Positions 36,774 through 45,606 of a DNA stretch of 46,206 nt are shown piece by piece. The stretch lies in IMG/VR virus record IMGVR_UViG_3300048930_001385. One strand, given 5' to 3'. The first letter of the stretch is position 1; the number at the start of each line of letters is the position of its first letter. Source of the DNA: an uncultured virus (IMG/VR IMGVR_UViG_3300048930_001385). Lineage: Duplodnaviria > Heunggongvirae > Uroviricota > Caudoviricetes. The notes below the pieces were generated by a model that saw only the letters and a list, made by a program, of their open reading frames with translations, was not told the DNA's origin and made no database searches. The translations under genes and the position numbers were made by a program.

Positions 36774-38906
36774 ATCAGCTTTAGCTTTCAACTCATCTTG
36801 CTTACGGATGGCGTGATGCGCAATAGTGATGATATGATTTTTGCTATTGACACTGGTCCCTCCCTCAAGGGCAATGTAGGCAAGATTTAGAGCTGGATAT
36901 TCTTGGAAAAGATCCTTGAAAAAGTTCTCGTCTCGTCCAGCAGAGATCTTAATGTCATACTGCTTTGCCAGCAATGCAAGTGAACGCAGCTCTTTAGACT
37001 TACCGCGTGGACAGGCTGGGAATGCTGCGCGCAGAGCCTTCTCGTAAGCTGTGGATCCAACGCTGTCACGAACTAGCAGATCTCCGAGTGTGTCGCGAAC
37101 CTTGTTCGGGAGGATCCTGCCAGTCAGGTATCGCAATGACTGCTGATCGAGAGCGATGACCTCGCGATTAACGATATTCTTGACTACTTCTTCCACGGGT
37201 GTCGCCACGCCCTCAACCTGCTCAAGACGGCTGAGAAAGCTCTCGGCAAGCCTGTGGCTTTGGATAAGTACGAGCTGTGATCCCTTCGGCAATCGTTCGT
37301 AAACGCTAGTGGTGGGCTTGTTATTACCATGCTGGTAGACAATCCGACCTCCGACCTCCACCATTTCTCTAACATTCCTATCCACGATTGTTCCAGGTTC
37401 AATCATCACTCGGTAACGCAGGTCAAGATCCTTGGCCTTTTGGCCGGTAGGAACCTTCGCTCGGCGAAGTAGCGCCTTGAGAGCATTATATTCAATTTCC
37501 GCACACTGAAGCGCGTTGATAACCGGGTCACCCTTGGTCTCGTGCTTGAAAACAAGGTGGTAGCTGATAATTCGCTCGTTGCCTTCATGACCAGCTAACT
37601 TAGCAAGCACCATACGGCCATAATGATCATTTTCTACTCGTGCAAGTACCCCCCGGTCTAGAGTGTATTCTTCAGGTGTCTGTGAGACATGGCTAAGGGG
37701 CGGCTGGTCTAGATCATCGCGATCAGCATCGACAACGACAAAGTGGGGCATGCTCCCACGGCGGTAAGAATCAGTCCAGAACTTGATCTTGTTGAACGAT
37801 CCACTATAGTAAGATCGTCGGTATGAGGCAAGATTGATGGCTTCGTCCGGACAGATCGGCAGAGGCAGACCCTTCCAATTCAGCTCAGTCAGTATTTGTG
37901 TTAGAGCGTAATTCTGGATATAGTATCGGATTGCTTCGGCCTCGCTCACACAAGCATCAATTTTAGCCTGAATATGCGCCTTAAGATCATTCATGCATCC
38001 ATCTAGCGCTGCCTGAACGGCGGCGATAGTGCGCTTGCTCTCTCGTAGCCCCTCCCGACTTGGAGCAAGGTCTACGGTCCCAATCGGGAGGTTAATAACT
38101 ACTGTGTGAAGATTAGTGACTGCGCTCCAACCAGCGTCGACGGTCACGTGCTTACGCATTGATAAGGATAAGTCGTAGATAACTTCACCAGTGCGTAGGA
38201 AGATGCTACCGTGATGATGCATATGACGACGGGGCGCGCGATCCGCTAGGGTTAGCTGCTCACTAATAATGGTCGCATCTTTGTAAAGGTAAGGGATATC
38301 GACACCGACACAGTTATACAGTGCTGGGTCCCAATGACTAAAGAGCTCCTTGGCCTCTCGCTCATAGGCAGGATGATTTTCGGCAATGGGAATATTAACA
38401 GTGACACCGTTCGGCGCGTCAACAGTCTTTTGGCCGAGCACCAACATGTCAGCATCACCCTCATCGTTGCGGGTGAAGAGAGCTGTTGTCTGTATGCCGT
38501 CCTTAATGCCGACAACAGTATACTGGTCAGCTACCGCAAAAGCGCTCTTGGCCCCGATCCCGAAGCCGCCAACCTGATCATTGCTATCCCGCTTTGTTGA
38601 AGCCCCATACTTGCGGTAGACTTCCGTCAGCCCCTCAAGATCAAGCCCAAGCCCCTGATCCTTAATTTTCAGGTTCGGAGCCAGAGCGGTGGGGAGATGG
38701 ATATCAATAGGCTTATCCACGCCGGCCGCGCGATGGCTATCCAGAGCATTGGTTGCGTACTCACGGATAACAGCCTTGATCGGGTTCTCGTACATATCAC
38801 TCATCATATCCATGATGTGACGCATGTGATCCTGATCAATCTCCATGCGGTAGCGATCATGCTCACGAGAGCTCTTCGTAGTGATTTCAGCGGTTGCAAT
38901 CTTCAT
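36765..38906 (-). CDS. rIIA-like GHKL ATPase protein, copy A
   Basis: YENP..AVIREYATNALDSH, DQGLGL, YGASTKRDSNDQVGGFGIGAKS, PSREGL; start moved to MKIAT. Confidence 0.85.
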   Translation of the reverse strand: MKIATAEITTKSSREHDRYRMEIDQDHMRHIMDMMSDMYENPIKAVIREYATNALDSHRAAGVDKPIDIHLPTALAPNLKIKDQGLGLDLEGLTEVYRKYGASTKRDSNDQVGGFGIGAKSAFAVADQYTVVGIKDGIQTTALFTRNDEGDADMLVLGQKTVDAPNGVTVNIPIAENHPAYEREAKELFSHWDPALYNCVGVDIPYLYKDATIISEQLTLADRAPRRHMHHHGSIFLRTGEVIYDLSLSMRKHVTVDAGWSAVTNLHTVVINLPIGTVDLAPSREGLRESKRTIAAVQAALDGCMNDLKAHIQAKIDACVSEAEAIRYYIQNYALTQILTELNWKGLPLPICPDEAINLASYRRSYYSGSFNKIKFWTDSYRRGSMPHFVVVDADRDDLDQPPLSHVSQTPEEYTLDRGVLARVENDHYGRMVLAKLAGHEGNERIISYHLVFKHETKGDPVINALQCAEIEYNALKALLRRAKVPTGQKAKDLDLRYRVMIEPGTIVDRNVREMVEVGGRIVYQHGNNKPTTSVYERLPKGSQLVLIQSHRLAESFLSRLEQVEGVATPVEEVVKNIVNREVIALDQQSLRYLTGRILPNKVRDTLGDLLVRDSVGSTAYEKALRAAFPACPRGKSKELRSLALLAKQYDIKISAGRDENFFKDLFQEYPALNLAYIALEGGTSVNSKNHIITIAHHAIRKQDELKAKADGQ

Positions 38907-38913
38907 GCAGTTT

Positions 38914-38957
38914 ATATCGGGAGCTGTGACAGGGTTCATGAGGCCAGCCTGGTGGCC
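38914..38957 (-). promoter_or_regulatory. repeated element
   Basis: GGCCA-N6-TGGCC...CCCGATAT-N7-ATG. Confidence 0.85.
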
Positions 38958-38983
38958 GGCATAGGTAAGCTACTCGACGAATA

Positions 38984-39877
38984 CTACTTTGCTGTGTTCA
39001 TTGACTGATACTGCTCACGGCTCAGGCCAAAACTACGGGCCATGACGGTGAGCGCGTCATCGCCCCATGCTCGCGGGTAGATGAGCCCATACCGGCGTCG
39101 GGTGCCGTCACGGTCTAGTGAAGCGTTATCGCAGAAGATAATCCGTGCTCGGTTCTGACGAATACGGGGCCACGCCCATTCCCGACCGTAAACGTTAAGC
39201 TCTCTCGGAAAATCGCAGAGCCGGAGGGTGTGACCAGGATTACCAGGATCAGGCTGCTCGTCAACGAGCGCGAATCGATCCTCGTACTGCTCCCAACCCC
39301 CGTTCTCCTCGAACCAGACTCGACGCTGCTCCGCGTTCTTAGCATTGATAGCATCCTCGATAGTCCAAGAGTAGAAGGCGGGATCAACCTTGACATCACG
39401 ACAGAAATAAACCTCAGACCACAATGCCCCGTTCTTATGCCATTCTCGGTACGCTGGCTCACCCGAGGGCGGGTCATGCAGCTGACCGTTCTGATAATAT
39501 TCCTCACACCACAGCACACCGTTCTCACGCCATTCTCGCCATGCTGGCTCACCCGAGGGCGGGTCATGCTGCTGACCATTCTGGTGATAAGCCTCACACC
39601 ATAATCGCCCGTTCTCATGCCATGATCGGTACGCTGGCTCACCCGAGGGCGGGTCATGCTGCTGACCATTCTGGTGATAAGCCTCACACCATAATCGCCC
39701 GTTCTCATGCCATGATCGGTACGCTGGCTCACCCGAGGGATGATCGTGCACTAGGCCATTCAGCTTGTAGATTAGCTTTAACCGTTTACGCTGAACAGTC
39801 CAACCGGCCTGGATATCTTCTTCAGTTAGCTGATAGTAGTCAGCGGGGTCATAGACTGTTGACTGGACGGTATCCAT
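38984..39877 (-). CDS. 30-aa repeat/DUF6745-like protein, paralog 2 (4 repeats)
   Basis: HDPPSGEPA repeats; conserved C-terminus; start moved to MDTVQ. Confidence 0.85.
   Translation of the reverse strand: MDTVQSTVYDPADYYQLTEEDIQAGWTVQRKRLKLIYKLNGLVHDHPSGEPAYRSWHENGRLWCEAYHQNGQQHDPPSGEPAYRSWHENGRLWCEAYHQNGQQHDPPSGEPAWREWRENGVLWCEEYYQNGQLHDPPSGEPAYREWHKNGALWSEVYFCRDVKVDPAFYSWTIEDAINAKNAEQRRVWFEENGGWEQYEDRFALVDEQPDPGNPGHTLRLCDFPRELNVYGREWAWPRIRQNRARIIFCDNASLDRDGTRRRYGLIYPRAWGDDALTVMARSFGLSREQYQSMNTAK
39543..39739. repeat. perfect 90-bp tandem duplication inside paralog 2
   Basis: 39543-39632 identical to 39633-39722, identity continuing to 39739. Confidence 0.92.
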
Positions 39878-39884
39878 GAGGAAT

Positions 39885-39926
39885 CTATCGGCAACTACAT
39901 GAGACACTAAAGGTCACGGTATGGCC
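39885..39926 (-). promoter_or_regulatory. repeated element
   Basis: GGCCA-N5-TGACC...GCCGATAG-N7-ATG. Confidence 0.85.
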
Positions 39927-39928
39927 TA

Positions 39929-42094
39929 CTACTTCTCTGTAGCAATTGCTGCTCCCTGAGCGCGGATAGCTGCCTGTGCTGCCGAGAAGATCTTCCACTT
40001 CCCATGTGTCTTTGAGTCACAGTTTGCTAGAGCCAGATACGCCAACTCAAGTGCGGGATACTCCTTGAAAAAATCTTTAAACAGATTCTCATCGGATGCC
40101 CGGATAAGCTTGATATCGTACTGCTTGGCCAAGAGTGCAAGTGAGCGAAGCTGCTTTGACTTACCACGAGGACAAGCCGGGAAAGCCTTGCGAAGACTTT
40201 TCTCATACTCAGGCGTGCCAACATAGTCCCTAACAAGCAGCTTATCCAGAGTGTCACGGACGGCATTTGGCAACACCCGCCCACGTAGGTAAAGGAGACT
40301 CTGCTCGTCCAAGGCAGCGACCTCACGAAGAACAATATTCTTAACAGCATCCTCAACAGGTCGTGCATTTCCACCGACCTTCTCCAGTCGTTCAAGGAAG
40401 CTCTCTGCTTGCCGGTGTCCGGGAATCAATACCAGCTGTGAGCCTTTCGGCAGGCGACTGTAAACACTAGTGGTCGGCCTGTTATTCCCGTGCTGGTAAA
40501 AGATCTTACCACCCTTGGCAACCATCTCAGTCACGTTACGCATGACCTCATGGCCCTCGCCGATCATTACTCGGTAAGGCAGATCAATATTCTTCACCCG
40601 ACCGGTTGCCGTGCGGCTAGTGGCCTTGCGCAGGCTGTTCTGCAGGGAGAGATAATCTACTCGCGCACAAGTAAGGGCCTGGATAACAGGATCATTCTCG
40701 GCCTGATGCGCGAAGGCAAGATAGTAGCCATCTCCGTGGCTATTAACTTCATCATGCTCCGGATCAAGGCGACAGATGACATCACGACCGTGCCAACTAG
40801 AGCAAGCGCGAATGAACTCGCCCTTGGTCAGAGTGTACTCTTCAGCGCTCAATTCCTTATGCTCAAGAGGAGGCTGCTCAAGATCATCAATATCCGCTTC
40901 GACGAGGATAAATTTAACGGCGTGAGGGCGCGAGTAGATTCCACACCAGTAAACCTCTGGATTATGCAATGCGCTGCGAGCTCGCTCGTCAACTGGAATA
41001 CTAGGGTCGGGATAAACAGGAAACTCTTTGCCCCTGTAAGTTGGCTTGTCACCGATGATCTGCATGATGTTAAACTTCTTGATGTAACAAAGGATTGCCT
41101 CGGCTTCGGTATCGGCCTCGTCTAGCTGCTTGAGAAGATACAGCTTCACATCCTCAAGGCCCTGATCCAGCGCGGCCTGAACAGCTTTGATCGTGCGCTT
41201 GCTCTCACGCAGGCCCTCGCGGCTCGGAGCAAGGTCAACACTGCCAATCGGCAGATTGATTACAACGGGATTCTGTCGGCATACAATATGCCAAGAAGAA
41301 TCATACTCAAGATTCTTCAGCAGCGACGGCGAAAGTGGATAAGGAGTCTCGCCATTACGGAGGATAATCCCCGACTGTCCGCGCGAGTGGAGTGATCGGT
41401 TGTGGTGGGTACGGTTAGCATAGTTTGACTCCAGCAAGGTAACCGTGTCACTAACGTGGATACAGTTCTGGTAAATATAGGGAATCTCTACACCGGGACA
41501 GTCGTAGGTGCTCGGATCCCAGTGCGAGAAAATTTCGGCTGCCTCACGGACATAGGCAGGGTGATTATCGGCAATGGGAATGTTAACCGTAACACCGTTA
41601 GGCTCGTCAACATTCTTCTGGCCGAGCACGCGCATATCAGCGTCACCATCATCATTACGAGTGAACAGTACACTCGTCCTGACACCGTTCTTGACGCCGA
41701 TAACTGTGTACTGGTCAGCCACGGTAAATGCGCTCTTCGCCCCGATGCCGAAGCCACCGACCTGATCGTTGCTATCGCGCTTCGTTGATGCTCCATACTT
41801 GCGGTAGACATTGATAAGACCGTCAAGGTCAAGGCCAAGGCCCCAGTCCTGAATTTTGAGATTCGGCTTCAACGCCGTGGGCAGAGTAATCCGTACCGGA
41901 TCGGTATTGCCAGCGGCGCGGTGGCTATCAAGAGCGTTGGTGGAATACTCGCGGATCACGGCCTTGACCGGATTCTCGTACATGTCGCTCATCATGTCCA
42001 TGATGTGACGCATATGGTCATCATCGATCTCCATGCGGTAGCGATCATGCTCGCGAGAGCTCTTCGTAGTGATTTCAGCGGTTGCGATCTTCAT
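39929..42094 (-). CDS. rIIA-like GHKL ATPase protein, copy B
   Basis: Same motifs as copy A; start moved to MKIAT. Confidence 0.85.
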   Translation of the reverse strand: MKIATAEITTKSSREHDRYRMEIDDDHMRHIMDMMSDMYENPVKAVIREYSTNALDSHRAAGNTDPVRITLPTALKPNLKIQDWGLGLDLDGLINVYRKYGASTKRDSNDQVGGFGIGAKSAFTVADQYTVIGVKNGVRTSVLFTRNDDGDADMRVLGQKNVDEPNGVTVNIPIADNHPAYVREAAEIFSHWDPSTYDCPGVEIPYIYQNCIHVSDTVTLLESNYANRTHHNRSLHSRGQSGIILRNGETPYPLSPSLLKNLEYDSSWHIVCRQNPVVINLPIGSVDLAPSREGLRESKRTIKAVQAALDQGLEDVKLYLLKQLDEADTEAEAILCYIKKFNIMQIIGDKPTYRGKEFPVYPDPSIPVDERARSALHNPEVYWCGIYSRPHAVKFILVEADIDDLEQPPLEHKELSAEEYTLTKGEFIRACSSWHGRDVICRLDPEHDEVNSHGDGYYLAFAHQAENDPVIQALTCARVDYLSLQNSLRKATSRTATGRVKNIDLPYRVMIGEGHEVMRNVTEMVAKGGKIFYQHGNNRPTTSVYSRLPKGSQLVLIPGHRQAESFLERLEKVGGNARPVEDAVKNIVLREVAALDEQSLLYLRGRVLPNAVRDTLDKLLVRDYVGTPEYEKSLRKAFPACPRGKSKQLRSLALLAKQYDIKLIRASDENLFKDFFKEYPALELAYLALANCDSKTHGKWKIFSAAQAAIRAQGAAIATEK

Positions 42095-42101
42095 GCGGTT
42101 T

Positions 42102-42145
42102 GTATCGGGAGCTATGGTCGGGTCCATGAGGCCAAGCTGGTGGCC
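42102..42145 (-). promoter_or_regulatory. repeated element
   Basis: GGCCA-N6-TGGCC...CCCGATAC-N7-ATG. Confidence 0.85.
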
Positions 42146-42171
42146 GGAATGTATGAGCTAGTAGACGAATG

Positions 42172-42978
42172 CTACTTCGCTGTCGTCATACCCTGGTACT
42201 GTTCCCTGCTAAGACCAAAACTACGGGCCATAACCGTGAGCGCGTCATCGCCCCATGAACGAGGGTAAATCAGACCATATCGGCGACGGGTGCCGTCACG
42301 GTCTAGTGAAGCATTATCGCAGAAGATAATCCGTGCTCTGTTCTGACGAATACGGGGCCACGCCCATCCTCGACCGTAGACATTAAATTCTCTCGGAAAA
42401 TCGCAGAGCCGGAGGGTGTGGCCGGGGTTCCCTGGATCGGGCTGCTCGTCCACGAGGATAAACTTATCCTCATACTGCGCCCAGCCGCCGTTCTCTTCAA
42501 ACCAGACTCGGCGCTGTTCCGTGTTTCTGGTCTTGATAGCGTCCTCTATCGACCACGAGTAGAAGTCGGGGTCAACCCGTACATCACGACAGTAATATGC
42601 CTCATACTCTAGTACCCCGTCCCCATCCCATATTCGCCATGCTGGCTCGCCCGAGGCTGGGTTGTGCACTTGCCCATTATGGTAATACCATTCATACCAT
42701 AATCTCCCGTTTTCATGCCATTCTCGATATGCTGGTTCACCCGAGAGTGGGTTATGCCGCTGGCCATTCTGGTAATACACCTCACACCATAACCTGCCGT
42801 TCTCATACCATTCTCGATATGCTGGCTCGCCCGAGGGTGGATCATGCCGCTGACCGTTCAGCTTGTAGACTAGCCTTGTCCGCTCTAGCTCAACAGTCCA
42901 TCCCACCCGAATGTCCTCGTCCGTTAACTGGTAATAGTCGCCGGGGGCGAAAACTATTGACTGGATTCGTGTGCTCAT
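42172..42978 (-). CDS. 30-aa repeat/DUF6745-like protein, paralog 3
   Basis: Three repeats plus conserved C-terminus. Confidence 0.85.
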   Translation of the reverse strand: MSTRIQSIVFAPGDYYQLTDEDIRVGWTVELERTRLVYKLNGQRHDPPSGEPAYREWYENGRLWCEVYYQNGQRHNPLSGEPAYREWHENGRLWYEWYYHNGQVHNPASGEPAWRIWDGDGVLEYEAYYCRDVRVDPDFYSWSIEDAIKTRNTEQRRVWFEENGGWAQYEDKFILVDEQPDPGNPGHTLRLCDFPREFNVYGRGWAWPRIRQNRARIIFCDNASLDRDGTRRRYGLIYPRSWGDDALTVMARSFGLSREQYQGMTTAK

Positions 42979-42985
42979 ATGCCTG

Positions 42986-43029
42986 TTATCGGCAGTAGTT
43001 TCAGTATATGTGAGGCCAATCTCCTGGCC
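42986..43029 (-). promoter_or_regulatory. repeated element
   Basis: GGCCA-N6-TGGCC...GCCGATAA-N7-ATG. Confidence 0.85.
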
Positions 43030-43042
43030 GATTTAAGAATCA

Positions 43043-43846
43043 CTACTTCGCTGTCGTCATCCCCTGGTACTGTTCCCGAGTGAGGCCGAATGAGCGCGCC
43101 ATGACCGTGAGCGCGTCATCGCCCCATGAACGAGGGTAAATCAGACCATACCGGCGACGGGTGCCGTCACGGTCTAGTGAAGCGTTATCGCAGAAGATAA
43201 TTCGTGCCCTATTCTGACGAATGCGGTGCCATGACCATTCTCGCCCGTAGACATTAAATTCTCTCGGGAAATCACAGAGCCTGAGCGTGTGACCGGGATT
43301 ACCCGGATCGGGCTGCTCGTCAACCAGGATAAACCTGTCCTCGTACTGTTCCCAGCCGCCGTTCTCTTCAAACCAGACTCGGCGCTGTTCCGTGTTCCTA
43401 GCCTTGATAGCGTCCTCTATCGACCACGAGTAGAAGTCGGGGTCAATTATGACGCCATGGCAGTAATGCTTATAACTCCACATATTACCATTTTCAGTCC
43501 AGAGTTGCCATGCCGGATCTTTAGGACGCGGGTCATGGTACTGACCGCTCTGGCAGTGTGCTTGACACTTTAGCTTTCCGTTAGGACGCCAAGATCGCCA
43601 CGCTGGCTCACCCGAGGGAGGGTTTTCTAACTGCCCATTCTGGTAATACCACTCATACCGTAGTTGCCCGTTCGCATACCATTTTCGGTACGCCGGCTCA
43701 CCCGATGGTGGGTTATGGAGCCGTCCATTGAGCATATAGGCTAGGAATACGAAACTCTGGTCTACAGACCATCCTGTTCGCACATCGTCCTCAGTGAGCT
43801 GGTAATGCTCACTAGGATTGTAAACAGTCTTAGGTAGTGTGCTCAT
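43043..43846 (-). CDS. 30-aa repeat/DUF6745-like protein, paralog 4
   Basis: Three repeats plus conserved C-terminus. Confidence 0.85.
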   Translation of the reverse strand: MSTLPKTVYNPSEHYQLTEDDVRTGWSVDQSFVFLAYMLNGRLHNPPSGEPAYRKWYANGQLRYEWYYQNGQLENPPSGEPAWRSWRPNGKLKCQAHCQSGQYHDPRPKDPAWQLWTENGNMWSYKHYCHGVIIDPDFYSWSIEDAIKARNTEQRRVWFEENGGWEQYEDRFILVDEQPDPGNPGHTLRLCDFPREFNVYGREWSWHRIRQNRARIIFCDNASLDRDGTRRRYGLIYPRSWGDDALTVMARSFGLTREQYQGMTTAK

Positions 43847-43853
43847 ATGTAAA

Positions 43854-43897
43854 GCATCGGCTCTAGATTACGACACCTTGAGGCCAACAGCTTGACC
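43854..43897 (-). promoter_or_regulatory. repeated element
   Basis: GGTCA-N6-TGGCC TCAA-N16-GCCGATGC-N7-ATG. Confidence 0.8.
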
Positions 43898-44019
43898 AGA
43901 AAACAAGACGCCATACCCGATAACACCTATAATCAGGGTTGCGGACGGGGGTGCTGATCCTAAATCAAGCGGAGCCTGATGCAGAGCCTAGGGTGGCCAT
44001 GTGCCGCCCTTTACTCTGC

Positions 44020-44319
44020 TTATGCCCTCGAGCCAGCTGCGCCTCCGGTGCCGCCCATGATCACGGAGATTCCAATCAGGTAGCCGAAGTTGTACCAGTT
44101 ACCGTTATTCTTGACCTCATAGATATTGTAGTCAGCGCCGAAGAGTGAGGCAATAAAAGCGAACGGTGCGCTGAAGCCGTCCCATAGTCCTCCGAAGAAG
44201 CCGGAGGCTCCGCTCTCAACCATTGGATTCGGCCCGCCACACCCCGCCAAAAGCAGGGAGGCTCCGACAACGAGAAAGGATAGCAGAATGACCTTCTTGA
44301 GTGGTGCAGTCATCCTCAT
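44020..44319 (-). CDS. putative lipoprotein/membrane protein
   Basis: LLAG/C lipobox; GFFGGLWDG...IYEV.NNG.WYNFGY. Confidence 0.8.
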   Translation of the reverse strand: MRMTAPLKKVILLSFLVVGASLLLAGCGGPNPMVESGASGFFGGLWDGFSAPFAFIASLFGADYNIYEVKNNGNWYNFGYLIGISVIMGGTGGAAGSRA

Positions 44320-44708
44320 GCCTCCCCGCGCATCGCCAGCGCGCCCTGTAGCTTAGCAAAGAGCCGAATAACCATAGTCGCCTCCCGGCCTGAGCTGGCA
44401 ATCATGTTTGCGGCCATTACCTGCGCATCCCCAAGATGCATGAGCGCTTCATTGCGGTCGTACTCACCAAGGTACGCAGCGCGAGCGCGGTAATATGCGT
44501 GGGCGATCCGATCAGTATTATCATTGCGATGATAGTCAAGGCCCTCCTTGCAGATCAGCTCCACGTGCTCGGTGATTTCGTCGACCGTCCACGTCCAGTA
44601 AGAACGTTCACAGAGGGCGATGACAGCCTGCTCAGCCTGAACGAGCCACTTATCAATACACTCGGACTGAGCAGGAGTATAACCTGGGTAACATGCGGTT
44701 GTGTTCAT
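44316..44708 (-). CDS. hypothetical protein
   Basis: Leaderless start; ATGA-coupled to the next gene. Confidence 0.75.
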   Translation of the reverse strand: MNTTACYPGYTPAQSECIDKWLVQAEQAVIALCERSYWTWTVDEITEHVELICKEGLDYHRNDNTDRIAHAYYRARAAYLGEYDRNEALMHLGDAQVMAANMIASSGREATMVIRLFAKLQGALAMRGEA

Positions 44709-44715
44709 ACGATAT

Positions 44716-44759
44716 CTATCGGCAAAGCTTGTGGGGCTCTAGAGGACAAATACGTGGCC
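44716..44759 (-). promoter_or_regulatory. repeated element
   Basis: GGCCA-N6-TGTCC...GCCGATAG-N7-ATG; upstream TAG shares the first G. Confidence 0.85.
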
Positions 44760-44953
44760 TAGGAGTACTTGTTGAGACGGTCAGCGATCTTGCCCGCTCG
44801 CCAGAGGGCGATAGAAGTGGGAAGGTTGAGATATTCGGCAACGTCTACTCCCCGCTCCCGGTCTACAACTACGACACACTGCTTGGTGTAGTCAGCGAGA
44901 ATCGATCTGACGCGCAGGTTCTTGACCTCTACTGCGTAACGAGGTTTATCCAT
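44759..44953 (-). CDS. small hypothetical protein
   Basis: MDKPRY start overlapping the upstream gene end. Confidence 0.65.
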   Translation of the reverse strand: MDKPRYAVEVKNLRVRSILADYTKQCVVVVDRERGVDVAEYLNLPTSIALWRAGKIADRLNKYS

Positions 44954-45380
44954 TCCTGGCCTCAACCTTTCTCTGCCAGCCCGCAGCATCGTCCCAGCGC
45001 TGAATCAGTGGAAACTGGTCATAGCCATACTGTGAGGCGGTGTAATCAATAGAGTAAAGAAAGTTATCAATAAGAGCAAAAGTTGTTGTATGAAAAGGCG
45101 CGCCGGTGAGCTCGCGATCATCATAGCCAAGCTCTTCTGGGGAGTTAGCTCCGAACTCGGCCCACTCTTCGTTCGGGCTTGCCCAGGGCTCGTCAGAGAG
45201 CCAGGCATGGATACCATGCTCTTCAAGATACTCAGCAAGGGCCTCGGAGACGCCGTGGCAGTAGCCGTTGTCGGCGGTGCAACGTTGCCACTCCCTGACA
45301 GGACGGTCCTCTTCCATGGGAGAGACATATACTGTCTCGTCCTTGAAGCTTTCAATCACCTGCCAGGCGTCCACTGTCAA
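44946..45380 (-). CDS. hypothetical protein, possible Cys-His-Asp (papain/transglutaminase-like) fold
   Basis: GYC...S, H, IDYTASQY motifs. Confidence 0.65.
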   Translation of the reverse strand: MTVDAWQVIESFKDETVYVSPMEEDRPVREWQRCTADNGYCHGVSEALAEYLEEHGIHAWLSDEPWASPNEEWAEFGANSPEELGYDDRELTGAPFHTTTFALIDNFLYSIDYTASQYGYDQFPLIQRWDDAAGWQRKVEARNG

Positions 45381-45556
45381 CAGTCCTCGTGCTCGCTTGG
45401 GATGTCGCCGACCTCGGCGAGGATAGTATCCATCATGTCGATGAGGACGTCGTGCTCATCATCATTGGAGCCGTGCTCAATGCACACCGCCTCCCTTGCG
45501 GTTTGAAGCCAGGCGATTGCGTCGGCACGATTGAGGATGATGGTGTCTTTGCTCAT
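45377..45556 (-). CDS. small acidic hypothetical protein
   Basis: MSKDT start 7 nt after GCCGATAT. Confidence 0.7.
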   Translation of the reverse strand: MSKDTIILNRADAIAWLQTAREAVCIEHGSNDDEHDVLIDMMDTILAEVGDIPSEHEDC

Positions 45557-45563
45557 ACTCATA

Positions 45564-45606
45564 ATATCGGCCCAAGGCCAGCTAGCTTGAGGCCAAAATT
45601 CTGGCC
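45564..45606 (-). promoter_or_regulatory. repeated element
   Basis: GGCCA-N6-TGGCC TCAA-N15-GCCGATAT-N7-ATG; upstream TAA abuts. Confidence 0.85.

Noticed and set aside
38984..43846. Diversity-generating retroelement template/variable repeats
   Set aside because: Differences between repeat copies are not adenine-specific and no reverse transcriptase is present
771..45606. Classical integron attC sites or SfiI sites
   Set aside because: No RYYYAAC/GTTRRRY ends or long imperfect hairpin and no IntI; GGCC-to-GGCC spacing is mostly N7-8, not the N5 of SfiI
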